Positions 20,447 to 29,581 of a stretch of DNA of 64,000 nt are shown in pieces (position 1 is the stretch's first letter; the number at the start of each line of letters is the position of its first letter). The position numbers and the translations under genes are program-made. The stretch lies in the NCBI GenBank assembly GCA_965250285.1, contig OZ252299.1, forward strand, positions 1,472,001-1,536,000, read 5' to 3'. The notes under the pieces were generated by a model. It searched no databases and had not been told where the DNA came from. It saw only the letters and a program-made list of their open reading frames with translations. The stretch is from Myxococcota bacterium (GTDB taxonomy: Bacteria > Myxococcota_A > UBA9160 > UBA4427).

Positions 20447-21088
20447 TTGCCCCGCAATTTCGACGCAAAGCTGTCCGATTCGGAAGCGTCGTCCAGCCCC
20501 GGAACGACCCTGACAGGGCTCTCCGACCAGGAGTTGCTCGAGGGCCTTCGTGCGGGCAGCGAACACCACTTCAACACCCTCTACGACCGCTACTTCCAGC
20601 GCATCTATGCGTTCGTCCACTCTCGCATTCGCAATCACGCCGATGCAGAAGAGATCGTGCAAGAGACCTTCGTCACAGTCTTTCGCTCGATCGAGAACTA
20701 CCGTGGCCAGGCATCGCTGCTCTCCTGGATCTTCGGCATCGCGAAGAACCTCGCCAACAACACGATCCGGCGGAGCAAAACCCACGAGGCCAAGCTGGGC
20801 GAAGTGCCGCGCGAGACGATCGGTCCGCGCCCGGGCCTCACATCCGGGACACCCGAAGAGAATCTGCACCTCCGGCGCTTCACCGAGGCGCTGCGCAGCC
20901 AGCTCTCCGGCGTATCCCAGTGGCAGGCCGAGATCTTCGCCATGCGTCACTTCGAGAATCTTTCGATCCCCGAGATCGCGCGCCGCACCGAACGCAGCAG
21001 CGATGCGATCCGGTCGAGCCTCTACCGCGTGAAGCGGATGGTGGTCGAGGCAGCCGAACTCGGCGGCGGGTCGGGAGGTGCAGTGTGA
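20447..21088 (+). CDS. ECF RNA polymerase sigma factor
   Basis: Region 2 DAEEIVQETF...SWIFGIAKN; region 4 LSIPEIA...IRSSLYR; TTG start inferred from GAGGAG. Confidence 0.9.
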   Translation: MPRNFDAKLSDSEASSSPGTTLTGLSDQELLEGLRAGSEHHFNTLYDRYFQRIYAFVHSRIRNHADAEEIVQETFVTVFRSIENYRGQASLLSWIFGIAKNLANNTIRRSKTHEAKLGEVPRETIGPRPGLTSGTPEENLHLRRFTEALRSQLSGVSQWQAEIFAMRHFENLSIPEIARRTERSSDAIRSSLYRVKRMVVEAAELGGGSGGAV

Positions 21089-21363
21089 AGCTGCCCAAGC
21101 TCTCTTTGCGGCGTGCCTGGCGATTCGGGCTCGCCCATGATGCCTTCGCGTTTCCCGACGGCCTGAGCCGAGCCGACCTCGAGGCGGCGATCGCCGACCT
21201 GCCCTCGGACGTGCCGGCCGACGAGCTTCTCGAGTTCGTCGAGGCCGAGGGCGAGCACGCGTGCCCCGTGTTCAAGGAGCGCCTGCGCGCGCTGCTGTGG
21301 GGCTGGTCGCGCCACGGCTACCCGACCGCCGCGGCACGTCGGGCCCGCTTCCACCTCAACTGA
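21085..21363 (+). CDS. Hypothetical 92-aa protein coupled to the ECF sigma gene
   Basis: GTGA overlap with the sigma stop, GGAGG RBS, coding-like codon usage. Confidence 0.6.
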   Translation: MKLPKLSLRRAWRFGLAHDAFAFPDGLSRADLEAAIADLPSDVPADELLEFVEAEGEHACPVFKERLRALLWGWSRHGYPTAAARRARFHLN

Positions 21364-21519
21364 GGTCGCGCGCTGACGCCGCCGCGCGCGGCGCGTTCTC
21401 GCGTCGCGCGACGATTCCGCTCCGACTGGAATCGCGGCCGCCGGGGGTTCAACCTCACGGCGGTTCTTGCCGATGACCTGCGTGTTCGAGAGGCCCTGTC
21501 GGCCTCACGGAGGACACGC

Positions 21520-22137
21520 ATGTCTCGTTCGACCCCGCTCGATCCCGATCGCGCCGCTGCCGGCGCCGACGAAGCCGCCTCGATCGGCGCGCGATTCAAC
21601 CAGCGCATGGCCGAGGATCTCCTCGAGGCCGCGTTTGCTTCGGCCGGTCACGCCGCCGGTCGACCTCGATCGATCGGCGTGCTGCAGGTTTCGCTGGCCG
21701 ACGGCGGCGAGGCGGGCCATGCGCTCACGCGGGTCGGCCCCGACATCACGCTGCGCATCCGCCAGACGCTGCCGCGCGACGCGCGACTGGTCTTCGTGAA
21801 CGGCACGCACTTCGTCATGGCCCTCCCGGGTGATCCGCTGCTCGAGGCCCTCCTGATCGTCGACCGGGTGCGCGATGCACTCGAGCGTGAGACCTGGCAG
21901 TGCGACGGCGAGGCGTTCGAGCTGGCCTTCGAGGCCGGCGTGTCGACCCAACGGGGGCACGATGAACCGCTCGCTGCCACGCTCGAGGCCGCGCAGCGAT
22001 CGCTCGCCCAGTCGCATCGCCTCGCGATCCGACGCCACACGGCAACGGAACCGGTCGACATCGACGCAAAGGCGGTCGGCGCCCGGCGTGGCTCGGCCAC
22101 GGCGGCGTGGTCGCGATCGCTTCCGACGGAAGGCTGA
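21520..22137 (+). CDS. Degenerate GGDEF-like domain protein
   Basis: Cyclase-fold pattern LVFVNGTHFVMALPG (in place of R.GGDEF..LLP), DRVRDAL, FEAGVS and AQRSL..S. Confidence 0.55.
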   Translation: MSRSTPLDPDRAAAGADEAASIGARFNQRMAEDLLEAAFASAGHAAGRPRSIGVLQVSLADGGEAGHALTRVGPDITLRIRQTLPRDARLVFVNGTHFVMALPGDPLLEALLIVDRVRDALERETWQCDGEAFELAFEAGVSTQRGHDEPLAATLEAAQRSLAQSHRLAIRRHTATEPVDIDAKAVGARRGSATAAWSRSLPTEG

Positions 22138-22227
22138 ATTCGAGGCGCCCAGCGGGGCGCTAAGCTCGACCTCCGCGACGTGCACCGCTCTGCGGTCGCC
22201 TCAACTCGTCGCCGGGGGAAGGCTTCG

Positions 22228-24324
22228 ATGCATCGTTCGTTGTGGATGGGCGGCGTGCGTTCGCTCTCGCGGGCCCGGCCGGGCGCGCTCGCCTTTGCAT
22301 CGACCGCGGTGCTCGCCTTCGCCGGCGTCGTCGGCTGTGGTGCACCCGACATCGACTACAGCGGACCCGTCGCCGATTGGCCGGCCATCGGCGGCGATCC
22401 CGGCGGTGCAAAATACTCGCCGCTCACGCAGATCACGCCCGAGAACGTCGAGCACCTCGAGGTCGCATGGGTCCACCACCACGGCGACATCTCGGACGGC
22501 AGCGGCGACACGAAGCGGACGTCGTTCAACACCGCGCCCATCGTCGTCGACGATCATCTCTACTTCTGTACCGGCTTCAATCGCGTCTTCGCCCTCGACC
22601 CCGAGACCGGCGAGGAGCGCTGGCGCTTCGACCCGGGGCTGAAGGCCCGAGCGGGCGAGGGCCCGTATCCGCTCACGTGCCGAGGCGTGGCGTTCTGGGA
22701 TGGGCGGAGCGTCGACGACGCGCCGCCCGCAGCCGACGATGCGCCTTCGGCCGTCGACGACGCGCGTTCCGAATCCGACGACGCGCGGGCGTGCGCGACG
22801 CGCATCTTCACCGGCACCCGCGACTCTCAGCTCATCGCCCTCGACGGTCGCACGGGTCTGCCGTGCGCCGACTTCGGGGCGGCGGGGCGGGTCGATCTGC
22901 GCGAGGGCGTCGGCGATGCCGCCGACTGGGAGTACTACCCGACCTCGGCGCCGGCCGTCGTGGGAGACGTCGTCGTCGTGGGCGCGCTCGTCGCCGACAA
23001 CGTGCGGGTCGACGTGCCGAGCGGCGTCGTGCGTGCTTTCGATGCGCGCACCGGCGCGCTGCGCTGGGCCTGGGATCCCGTGCCGCCCGACTGGCCGCAC
23101 CGCGACGCCGACGGCGCACCGATCTACGCCGCGGGCACACCCAACGTCTGGGCGCCGATGTCGGTCGACGAAGCGCGTGGCCTCGTTTTCGTGCCGACGG
23201 GCAACCCGTCCCCCGATCTCTACGGCGGCGCACGCGATGGCATCGACTACTACGGGAGCTCGGTGGTCGCCCTCGAAGGCCAGACGGGAAGGGTGGTCTG
23301 GCACTTCCAGACGGTGCATCACGACGTGTGGGACTACGACGTGGCGTCGCAGCCGACGCTGTTCGAGATCCCGGGCGTGGGCGGCGGACGCCCGGGCGTC
23401 GCTCAGGCCACGAAGATGGGACACGTCTTCCTGCTCGATCGCGAGACCGGCGTGCCGCTGTATCCCGTCGAAGAGCGGCCGGTGCCCCAGGCGGGGGCGG
23501 TGCCGGGCGAGACGCTGTCGCCGACCCAGCCATTCCCCGTTCATCCACCGCCGCTTCATCCCTCGACGCTCACGCCCGACGAAGCCTGGGGCTTCACGCC
23601 ATTCGATCGCGGCGACTGCGCCCAGATCATCGCCGGGCTTCGGAGCGACGGCATCTTCACGCCCCCTTCGCTCGAGGGCTCTGTGCTGTATCCGGGCTCG
23701 GCCGGGGGGGCGAACTGGGGGGGCGTCAGCATCGACCCGGTGCGCAAGCTGCTCTTCGTGAATCAGAGCCGCATGGCGATGATCACGCAGCTGATCCCGC
23801 GCGAAGAAATGGAGGGGCTCGATCCGAGCAGCGTCGTGTATCCCGACGAGCTCTACGCGATGGCGGGCGTGCCCTACGGCGCGAAGCGCGGGCCGCTGCT
23901 GTCGAGCTTTGGGGCGCCGTGCGTGGCGCCGCCGTGGGGGACGCTCACGGCCGTCGATCTCGCGACCGGCGAGATCGCGTGGGAGTCGACGCTCGGAACC
24001 ACCCGCGACCAGGCGCCCTGGCCGCTGTGGTTCGACCGGGGGGCGCCGAACCTCGGCGCCAGTGTCGCGACGGCGACCGGTCTCGTCTTCATCGGCGCGA
24101 CCACCGACAAGTTCATCCGCGCTTTCTCCGCCGAGACCGGCGAAGAGATCTGGCGCGCGCGTCTCCCGTATACCGCGAGCTCGACGCCGGCGACGTATCG
24201 CCTCGGGCCCGACCGCCGGCAGTTTCTGGTCGTGCCTGCGGGCGGGCATGGTTGGTCGGAGCCGGGGGACGCGACGATCGCCTACGCGCTGCCCGAGTCG
24301 CGCGCGTCGGCGGGGGGCCCGTGA
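22228..24324 (+). CDS. PQQ-dependent dehydrogenase (glucose/quinate/shikimate family), probable lipoprotein
   Basis: YSPLTQITPENV, CRGVAFW, WHFQTVHHDVWDYD and GGANWGG motifs; lipobox-like VVGC. Confidence 0.9.
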   Translation: MHRSLWMGGVRSLSRARPGALAFASTAVLAFAGVVGCGAPDIDYSGPVADWPAIGGDPGGAKYSPLTQITPENVEHLEVAWVHHHGDISDGSGDTKRTSFNTAPIVVDDHLYFCTGFNRVFALDPETGEERWRFDPGLKARAGEGPYPLTCRGVAFWDGRSVDDAPPAADDAPSAVDDARSESDDARACATRIFTGTRDSQLIALDGRTGLPCADFGAAGRVDLREGVGDAADWEYYPTSAPAVVGDVVVVGALVADNVRVDVPSGVVRAFDARTGALRWAWDPVPPDWPHRDADGAPIYAAGTPNVWAPMSVDEARGLVFVPTGNPSPDLYGGARDGIDYYGSSVVALEGQTGRVVWHFQTVHHDVWDYDVASQPTLFEIPGVGGGRPGVAQATKMGHVFLLDRETGVPLYPVEERPVPQAGAVPGETLSPTQPFPVHPPPLHPSTLTPDEAWGFTPFDRGDCAQIIAGLRSDGIFTPPSLEGSVLYPGSAGGANWGGVSIDPVRKLLFVNQSRMAMITQLIPREEMEGLDPSSVVYPDELYAMAGVPYGAKRGPLLSSFGAPCVAPPWGTLTAVDLATGEIAWESTLGTTRDQAPWPLWFDRGAPNLGASVATATGLVFIGATTDKFIRAFSAETGEEIWRARLPYTASSTPATYRLGPDRRQFLVVPAGGHGWSEPGDATIAYALPESRASAGGP
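22711..22794 (+). repeat. In-frame degenerate tandem repeat, 4 x 21 bp (xDDAxxx)
   Basis: VDDAPPA-ADDAPSA-VDDARSE-SDDARAC within the PQQ dehydrogenase. Confidence 0.75.
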
Positions 24325-24334
24325 CCCGGCGAGA

Positions 24335-25018
24335 TCACGCCTCGCCCGGAGCGGCCGCCGCGAGCCGGTCGAGCGCGCCATCGAGGGGCTCGAGCGGCGC
24401 GTCGATCTCTTCACAGACACCGGCGAGCCAGCCGGGCCGGTTGCGCGCACATACCGCGATCGGTCGCTCGATCGGGGCGAACTGCTCGGCCTGGCGCACG
24501 TACGCCACCGCGTAGTCGACGGGTCGCAGATCGGTGGCCAGCTCGGCGAGCGCGAACGCGTCGGGCGCACCCGAGGCCGCAGGATCGGCATGTACGATGT
24601 GGGGGCTCGATGGCTGGGCGCCGCCCCCCGAGAGCCCGGGGCCATCGCACAGGATCGCACCGTGCACATCGCGCGCCCGGGCGCCGGCAATGAGCAGGGC
24701 GACGTAGGCGCCGAGCCCGCGACCGCAGACCGTGAGTGGGCCGAGGTGGGCCAGCGCCGCGTCGACGTCGCCCATCAGCACCTCGGCCGTGTACCCGCCG
24801 CCATGCGGCACGTCGGATGCGCCGTGTCCGGTGAAGTCGAGGGCGTGGACCGAGCCCGGCCAGCGTTCGAAGACGGCATCGAGCTGGTCGGGGCTTCGCT
24901 CACCGAGCCCATGCAGGAGCAGGAGCGGTCGCGCACCCGGCGTTGCGTCGGCCCGCGCGCTGCGAAGCGCGTGCAGCGCCAGGCGGATCTTCGCGTGTTG
25001 CAGCCAGGCCGTGGCCAT
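24335..25018 (-). CDS. Alpha/beta hydrolase-fold protein lacking the nucleophile Ser (GRGLG)
   Basis: LLLLHGLG, ALDFTGHGAS and CGRGLGAY; ATG at 25018 overlaps the upstream stop. Confidence 0.8.
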   Translation of the reverse strand: MATAWLQHAKIRLALHALRSARADATPGARPLLLLHGLGERSPDQLDAVFERWPGSVHALDFTGHGASDVPHGGGYTAEVLMGDVDAALAHLGPLTVCGRGLGAYVALLIAGARARDVHGAILCDGPGLSGGGAQPSSPHIVHADPAASGAPDAFALAELATDLRPVDYAVAYVRQAEQFAPIERPIAVCARNRPGWLAGVCEEIDAPLEPLDGALDRLAAAAPGEA

Positions 25019-25977
25019 CAGCCGAGGAACTCCAGTACGAGGTCGGCCACGCGGTGCGGCTGCTCGATATGGATGAAGTGTCCGCTCTCGTCGAACGACA
25101 CGATCCGTGCGCCCGACGGCAGGTAGGGCTCGAGATCGGCGGGCTGCGTCTCCCAGCCCATCGTCTCGGGAACGCGCGCCAGCAGGCCGAGGAGCGGAGG
25201 CGTGAGCCCCGGCAGTCGCTCCATCTCCCAGGTCGGGCGCCATGGCCCGAAGCCGCCGAAGCGCATGCTCGGGTCGATCTTCCAGCGCCAGCCGTCCGCA
25301 TCGGGGCGCGCACCCTGGGTGACCAGGAAGCACAGCCACTCGTGCGTGAGGCGTGGGTTCATCTTCGCGCGCCGTCGCGCCAGCGCTTCGAGGTCGTCGG
25401 GGCGACGGGTCTTGCCGGCGCTGCGACGCCGGTGATCGAGCCAGCCGCGCAGCTCTCCGTCGAGCAGTCGCGAGCGCTCGTGGTCGCTGACGTCGGGTCG
25501 GCGGCTGCGCGACGGCATGCCGTCGATGTTGATCAGATGCGAGGCGCGGTGGGGCAGCGCCTGGGCGAGCTGCGTGAGCAGCGAGCCGCCCTTCGAATGA
25601 CCGATGAACACGAGCGGCTCGTGGCTCACCGAGTCGAGCACGGCGGCGGCGTCGCGCAGATCTGCGCCCCATGAGTAGAGCCCGGCGTGGTCCGAATCGC
25701 CGTGACCACGCTGATCCCACGAAACCACCCGGTAGCCCGCATCGGCGAGGATCGGGGCAAACACGCTGAACGTCGCTGCGAAGTCGAAGCCACCGTGCGC
25801 GAGCGCGATCGGCGGCGCGTCGGGCTCACCCCATTCGTGGACCGCGATCGAGACGCCGTGGCTCGAAACGCTGCGCCGCCGATCGGCGAGTCGCGCACCC
25901 GGATACGCGAGCCAGCGGTTGGCTTCGGGCGGCAACGCGTCCGCAGGCTGGTCGTTCGGCTGCGTTCGGTCGCTCAC
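25018..25977 (-). CDS. Alpha/beta hydrolase
   Basis: HGGFD, DQRGHGDS, GHSKGG nucleophile elbow and GHFIHIEQP; GTG at 25977 overlaps the CDF stop. Confidence 0.88.
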   Translation of the reverse strand: MSDRTQPNDQPADALPPEANRWLAYPGARLADRRRSVSSHGVSIAVHEWGEPDAPPIALAHGGFDFAATFSVFAPILADAGYRVVSWDQRGHGDSDHAGLYSWGADLRDAAAVLDSVSHEPLVFIGHSKGGSLLTQLAQALPHRASHLINIDGMPSRSRRPDVSDHERSRLLDGELRGWLDHRRRSAGKTRRPDDLEALARRRAKMNPRLTHEWLCFLVTQGARPDADGWRWKIDPSMRFGGFGPWRPTWEMERLPGLTPPLLGLLARVPETMGWETQPADLEPYLPSGARIVSFDESGHFIHIEQPHRVADLVLEFLG

Positions 25978-26897
25978 TCGGTCGCCACCCGCTCGCGATA
26001 CACGTCGGGCTCGACGTAGATCGTGCAGCGCACGTCGACCGCGGCGCGGACGCGCGCTTCGAGCGCATCGATGGCCGCAGCGAGCGCCGGGAAGTCGTGC
26101 ATGCGCGCGAAGTCGACCTTCACGCCGATCAGGATGTGCTCGGGCCCGAGGTGCAGCGTGCGCAGGTGGATGATGCGCTCGACCTCGTCCGACGACACGA
26201 TGGCGTCGCGTACGGCCGATTCGGCTGCGGGGTCGGCGGCCTCGCCGATCAGCAGACTCTTCATCTCGATGGCGAGCACGACGGCGATGGCACCCAGCAG
26301 AATGCCGATGCTGATGCTGCCGATGGCGTCGTAGCGCGCATTGCCGGTCACGGCGGCGAGCCCGATGCCTACGAGCGCGATCATCAGGCCGAAGAGGGCG
26401 CCGAGATCTTCGAGCAACACGACGGGCAGCTCGGGGCTCTTGGCCTGGCGGATGTAGTCCCACCAGCTGCGCGTGCCCTTTCTCGGGCGTGCTTCGTTCA
26501 CGGCGGTCCGGAACGAGAAGCCCTCGACGATGATGCCGAACACGAGGATCGCGACCGCGATCCACGGGCTCGTGAGCGGCTCGGGGTCGGACAGCTTGTG
26601 CGTGCCCTCGTAGAGTGCGAAGAGCGAGCCGAGGGTAAAGATGACGAGCGCGACGACGAACGACCAGAAGTAGCGCTCGCGACCGAAGCCGAAGGGGTGC
26701 TCGGGGGTCGGGGGGCGCTTGGCGGCGGCGCCGCCCCAGAGCAGCAGCGCCTGGTTGCCCGAGTCGGCGACCGAGTGGACGCCCTCGGCGAGCATCGATG
26801 CGGCGCCCGTCACCGCCCAGCCGACGAACTTCGCGATCGCGATGGCGAGGTTCGCGAAGAGCGCAGCGAAGATCGCCTTGCGGCTGCCGGTGGCCAT
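25974..26897 (-). CDS. Cation diffusion facilitator (CDF) transporter
   Basis: AEGVHSVADSGNQ, HPFGFGRERY and LLEDLGAL motifs. Confidence 0.9.
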   Translation of the reverse strand: MATGSRKAIFAALFANLAIAIAKFVGWAVTGAASMLAEGVHSVADSGNQALLLWGGAAAKRPPTPEHPFGFGRERYFWSFVVALVIFTLGSLFALYEGTHKLSDPEPLTSPWIAVAILVFGIIVEGFSFRTAVNEARPRKGTRSWWDYIRQAKSPELPVVLLEDLGALFGLMIALVGIGLAAVTGNARYDAIGSISIGILLGAIAVVLAIEMKSLLIGEAADPAAESAVRDAIVSSDEVERIIHLRTLHLGPEHILIGVKVDFARMHDFPALAAAIDALEARVRAAVDVRCTIYVEPDVYRERVATE

Positions 26898-27018
26898 GGT
26901 TCCCCCGATTGCGTCGGCCACGCCACGGCGCAGCCCGAGCAGAATAGGAAGTCGTGATCCCAGCCGACAGGGGCGGAGCCCCTCGACTTGCAGCGTCGTT
27001 CAGCGACGCGCGCGGGCG

Positions 27019-28506
27019 TCAGTCGGTGTCGACCGCTCGGGCTCCACCCAGCGCCGCGATGCCGCCACTGACCGTCGCCGAGATCGGAATCCACCATGGC
27101 CACGCCACGGCGGTCGTCTCGAGCAGGAGCGGTTGCAGGAAGAGCGCGGCACCGACCGCCGCGCCGGCACCGAGCCCGGCGAGGGTCGCGCGTGGATCGC
27201 CGCGGTCGGGTCGGAGCCACGCGACGACGAACACACCGAGCAGTCCGCCATAGAGGATCGACATGGCCGACAACGCGAACTGCACCAGGTCGAGCGGAGC
27301 GGCGTCGTCGGCGGGGCCAGCCTGCAGCGCGTCCCAGTAGATCGACATCGCCCAGGCGGCCGCCATCAGCAGGCCGGTGAAGACGACGCTCGCTCGCCGC
27401 ATGCGTCGCTCGGGGTGCGCGTCGTCGGAGCGTGGGGCGACGTCGGTCACCCAGGTCGTCGCGAGTGCGCAGATCGCCGAGTCGAGGCTCGACATGGCGG
27501 CCGCGAAGAGGCCGACGAAGACGAGCGCGCGCAGACCGGGCGGCAGCAGGTCGCGGGCGATGGTCGGGACGAGTCGCTCGCTCGCTGCGACGTCGGGCAT
27601 GGCGCCCGTCGCGGCGGCGTAGGCAAGCAGGGTGCCCACCGAGAGAAAGAGCGCGGTGATCGGAAAGTTGAGCCAACCCGAACGCAACAGCGCCGCGCCG
27701 CCCGTGCGGCCATCCTTCGCCGTCAGCAGGCGCTGAACCATGTCCTGATCGGTGCCGTGCGTCGCGAGCGTCAGCGCGAAGCCGCCGAAGATCGCGGTCC
27801 CGAGCGCACGCGCGTCGCCGAGGCTGAGCCAGGGCGAGCCGTGCACGATGCGCGTGCGCCGCTCGGCGCGCGCCCACTCGAAGAGGGCGGCCACGTCGAG
27901 GTCGAGCACGGTGAGCAGACCCGTGAAGAGCGCGATGACCGCGATGAGGAAGATCGCGCCCTGGAGCACGTCGGTGCGGATCACGGCGCGGATCCCACCT
28001 CGCACCGTATAGGCCCCCGCGATCACGCCCGTGATCACGATCGCCGGCCCGCTCGCGAGGCCGGCCAGCACCGCGACGGCCTGGGCGGCGATGAACAGAC
28101 GGGCGCCCGACGCGAGCACGCGACCCGCGACGAAGGCGCTCGCCACGGCCCGCTCGGCCCTCGGCCCGTCGCGCGCGCCGATCAGCTGGTAGACCGTCGT
28201 GAAGCGCCGCCGGTAGTAGAGTGGAATCAAGTGCCGCGCGAGCACCCACTTCGCCACCAGGGCGCCGACGGCGAGCTGCAGGTAGGACCAGTCGCCGACG
28301 AAGGCGGCTTGCGGAACGCCGATGAACGTCGCGGCCGAGAGCTCGGTGGCGACCATCGAGCAGAGCACGGCCCAGCCCGGCATCGTCCGCCCGGCGAGGG
28401 TCAACTCGTCGCCCGTGGCGCGGTGCCCGCCCGACCGCAGACCGAGCCACAGCAGTCCCGCCGCATAGGCAACCAACACGCAGAGGTCGAGACTGTGCAC
28501 CTGCAC
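27019..28506 (-). CDS. Sodium:solute symporter family protein
   Basis: ATELSAATFIGVP, GGIRAVIRTDVLQ, GTDQDMVQRLL and AAAMSSLDS motifs. Confidence 0.9.
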   Translation of the reverse strand: MQVHSLDLCVLVAYAAGLLWLGLRSGGHRATGDELTLAGRTMPGWAVLCSMVATELSAATFIGVPQAAFVGDWSYLQLAVGALVAKWVLARHLIPLYYRRRFTTVYQLIGARDGPRAERAVASAFVAGRVLASGARLFIAAQAVAVLAGLASGPAIVITGVIAGAYTVRGGIRAVIRTDVLQGAIFLIAVIALFTGLLTVLDLDVAALFEWARAERRTRIVHGSPWLSLGDARALGTAIFGGFALTLATHGTDQDMVQRLLTAKDGRTGGAALLRSGWLNFPITALFLSVGTLLAYAAATGAMPDVAASERLVPTIARDLLPPGLRALVFVGLFAAAMSSLDSAICALATTWVTDVAPRSDDAHPERRMRRASVVFTGLLMAAAWAMSIYWDALQAGPADDAAPLDLVQFALSAMSILYGGLLGVFVVAWLRPDRGDPRATLAGLGAGAAVGAALFLQPLLLETTAVAWPWWIPISATVSGGIAALGGARAVDTD

Positions 28507-28865
28507 CCGTCCTCGTCATCCGGCTCGGCTGCGCCGGGTCGGACTCGCTCGGGTCGCGTTCAAGGCGACCCCTTCGGGATCTTTCGGGGGGGCGTGCGAA
28601 AGGTACTTGGCAATCGCTTCGAGACGAAGGAAAATCGAAAGGTCACGACTCGCCGACCGCCGCAGACGGCCGTTCACCGCCTGCTGCTGCCGCAGCCGGT
28701 AGCTGATGGGACCATCCGGTGCAGTCGTGGGGGTGAGTCGGTCGCATGACCAGTTCGGGGCCGGTCGGTTCCGCGAGCGCGATGCGTTCGCGGGTGGCTG
28801 AGACCGGTCCAGACGCGGGACGCCGCAGGCGATCGGGAGGCGAACCACGCCGGGCCGGAGCCGGC

Positions 28866-28913
28866 GCCTGCGAACGGACGCGCGCACGGGCCTGTGAACG
28901 GGCCTGTGAACGG
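28866..28913. repeat. Degenerate tandem repeat, 4 x 12 bp (gcctgtgaacgg)
   Basis: gcctgcgaacgg / acgcgcgcacgg / gcctgtgaacgg / gcctgtgaacgg. Confidence 0.65.
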
Positions 28914-28993
28914 GGCGGCGACATGGGCGGCGAGAGGGCGGCTCGCCTGGGTGGCGAGCGGTGCCGAGCGTGCCCACGAAGGAGGGATTCCAG

Positions 28994-29566
28994 ATGAAGC
29001 CTCATCTCAACGAGATTCAGTCGTCGGTCGTCGGCCGCGAAGAAGAGTCCTACTTCGCGTCGGACCGAAAGCGCAAGAAGCGCAAGTTCGATCGACACCT
29101 GCTCTCCGAGTCGGTCGGCGTTCTGTCGACCCGTGCACCGATCGTGCTGTCCGAGTCGACGACGATCAGCGACGCGATGAGCGCCATGCAGCGCCAGGGC
29201 AGAGGCTGTGTGCTCGTGACCGAGAACGGCACGCCGTCATCGCCTCTGATCGGCATCTTCACCGAGCGGGACGTGCTGCAGCGCGTGATCGACGGCGGTC
29301 GCAACCCGGCTCAGGTCGAGATCGGTGAGGTGATGACGCGTGAGCCCGAGACCCTGACGTGCGATGCGAAGGTCTCCTGGGTGCTCAACGTGATGTCGGT
29401 CGGCGGGTTCCGCCACGTGCCGATCGTGAACCCGAGTGGGAGCCCCGCAGCGGTCGTGTCGGTGCGCGACGTGGTCGAGTACCTCGTCGCCTCGTTCCCC
29501 GAAGAGATCTTGAACCTGCCGCCCGAGTTCGTGCAGCGGCAGGTGCTCGCGCGCGAAGGCGCCTGA
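28994..29566 (+). CDS. CBS domain pair protein
   Basis: LIGIFTERDVL, VMTREPETL, GGFRHVPIV and VSVRDVV motifs; GGAGG RBS. Confidence 0.88.
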   Translation: MKPHLNEIQSSVVGREEESYFASDRKRKKRKFDRHLLSESVGVLSTRAPIVLSESTTISDAMSAMQRQGRGCVLVTENGTPSSPLIGIFTERDVLQRVIDGGRNPAQVEIGEVMTREPETLTCDAKVSWVLNVMSVGGFRHVPIVNPSGSPAAVVSVRDVVEYLVASFPEEILNLPPEFVQRQVLAREGA

Positions 29567-29581
29567 GGCGCCTGGGCCGCA

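Noticed and set aside
28551..28571. GTTCAAG loop as a tRNA T-arm
   Set aside because: No canonical T-stem register, acceptor stem or anticodon arm
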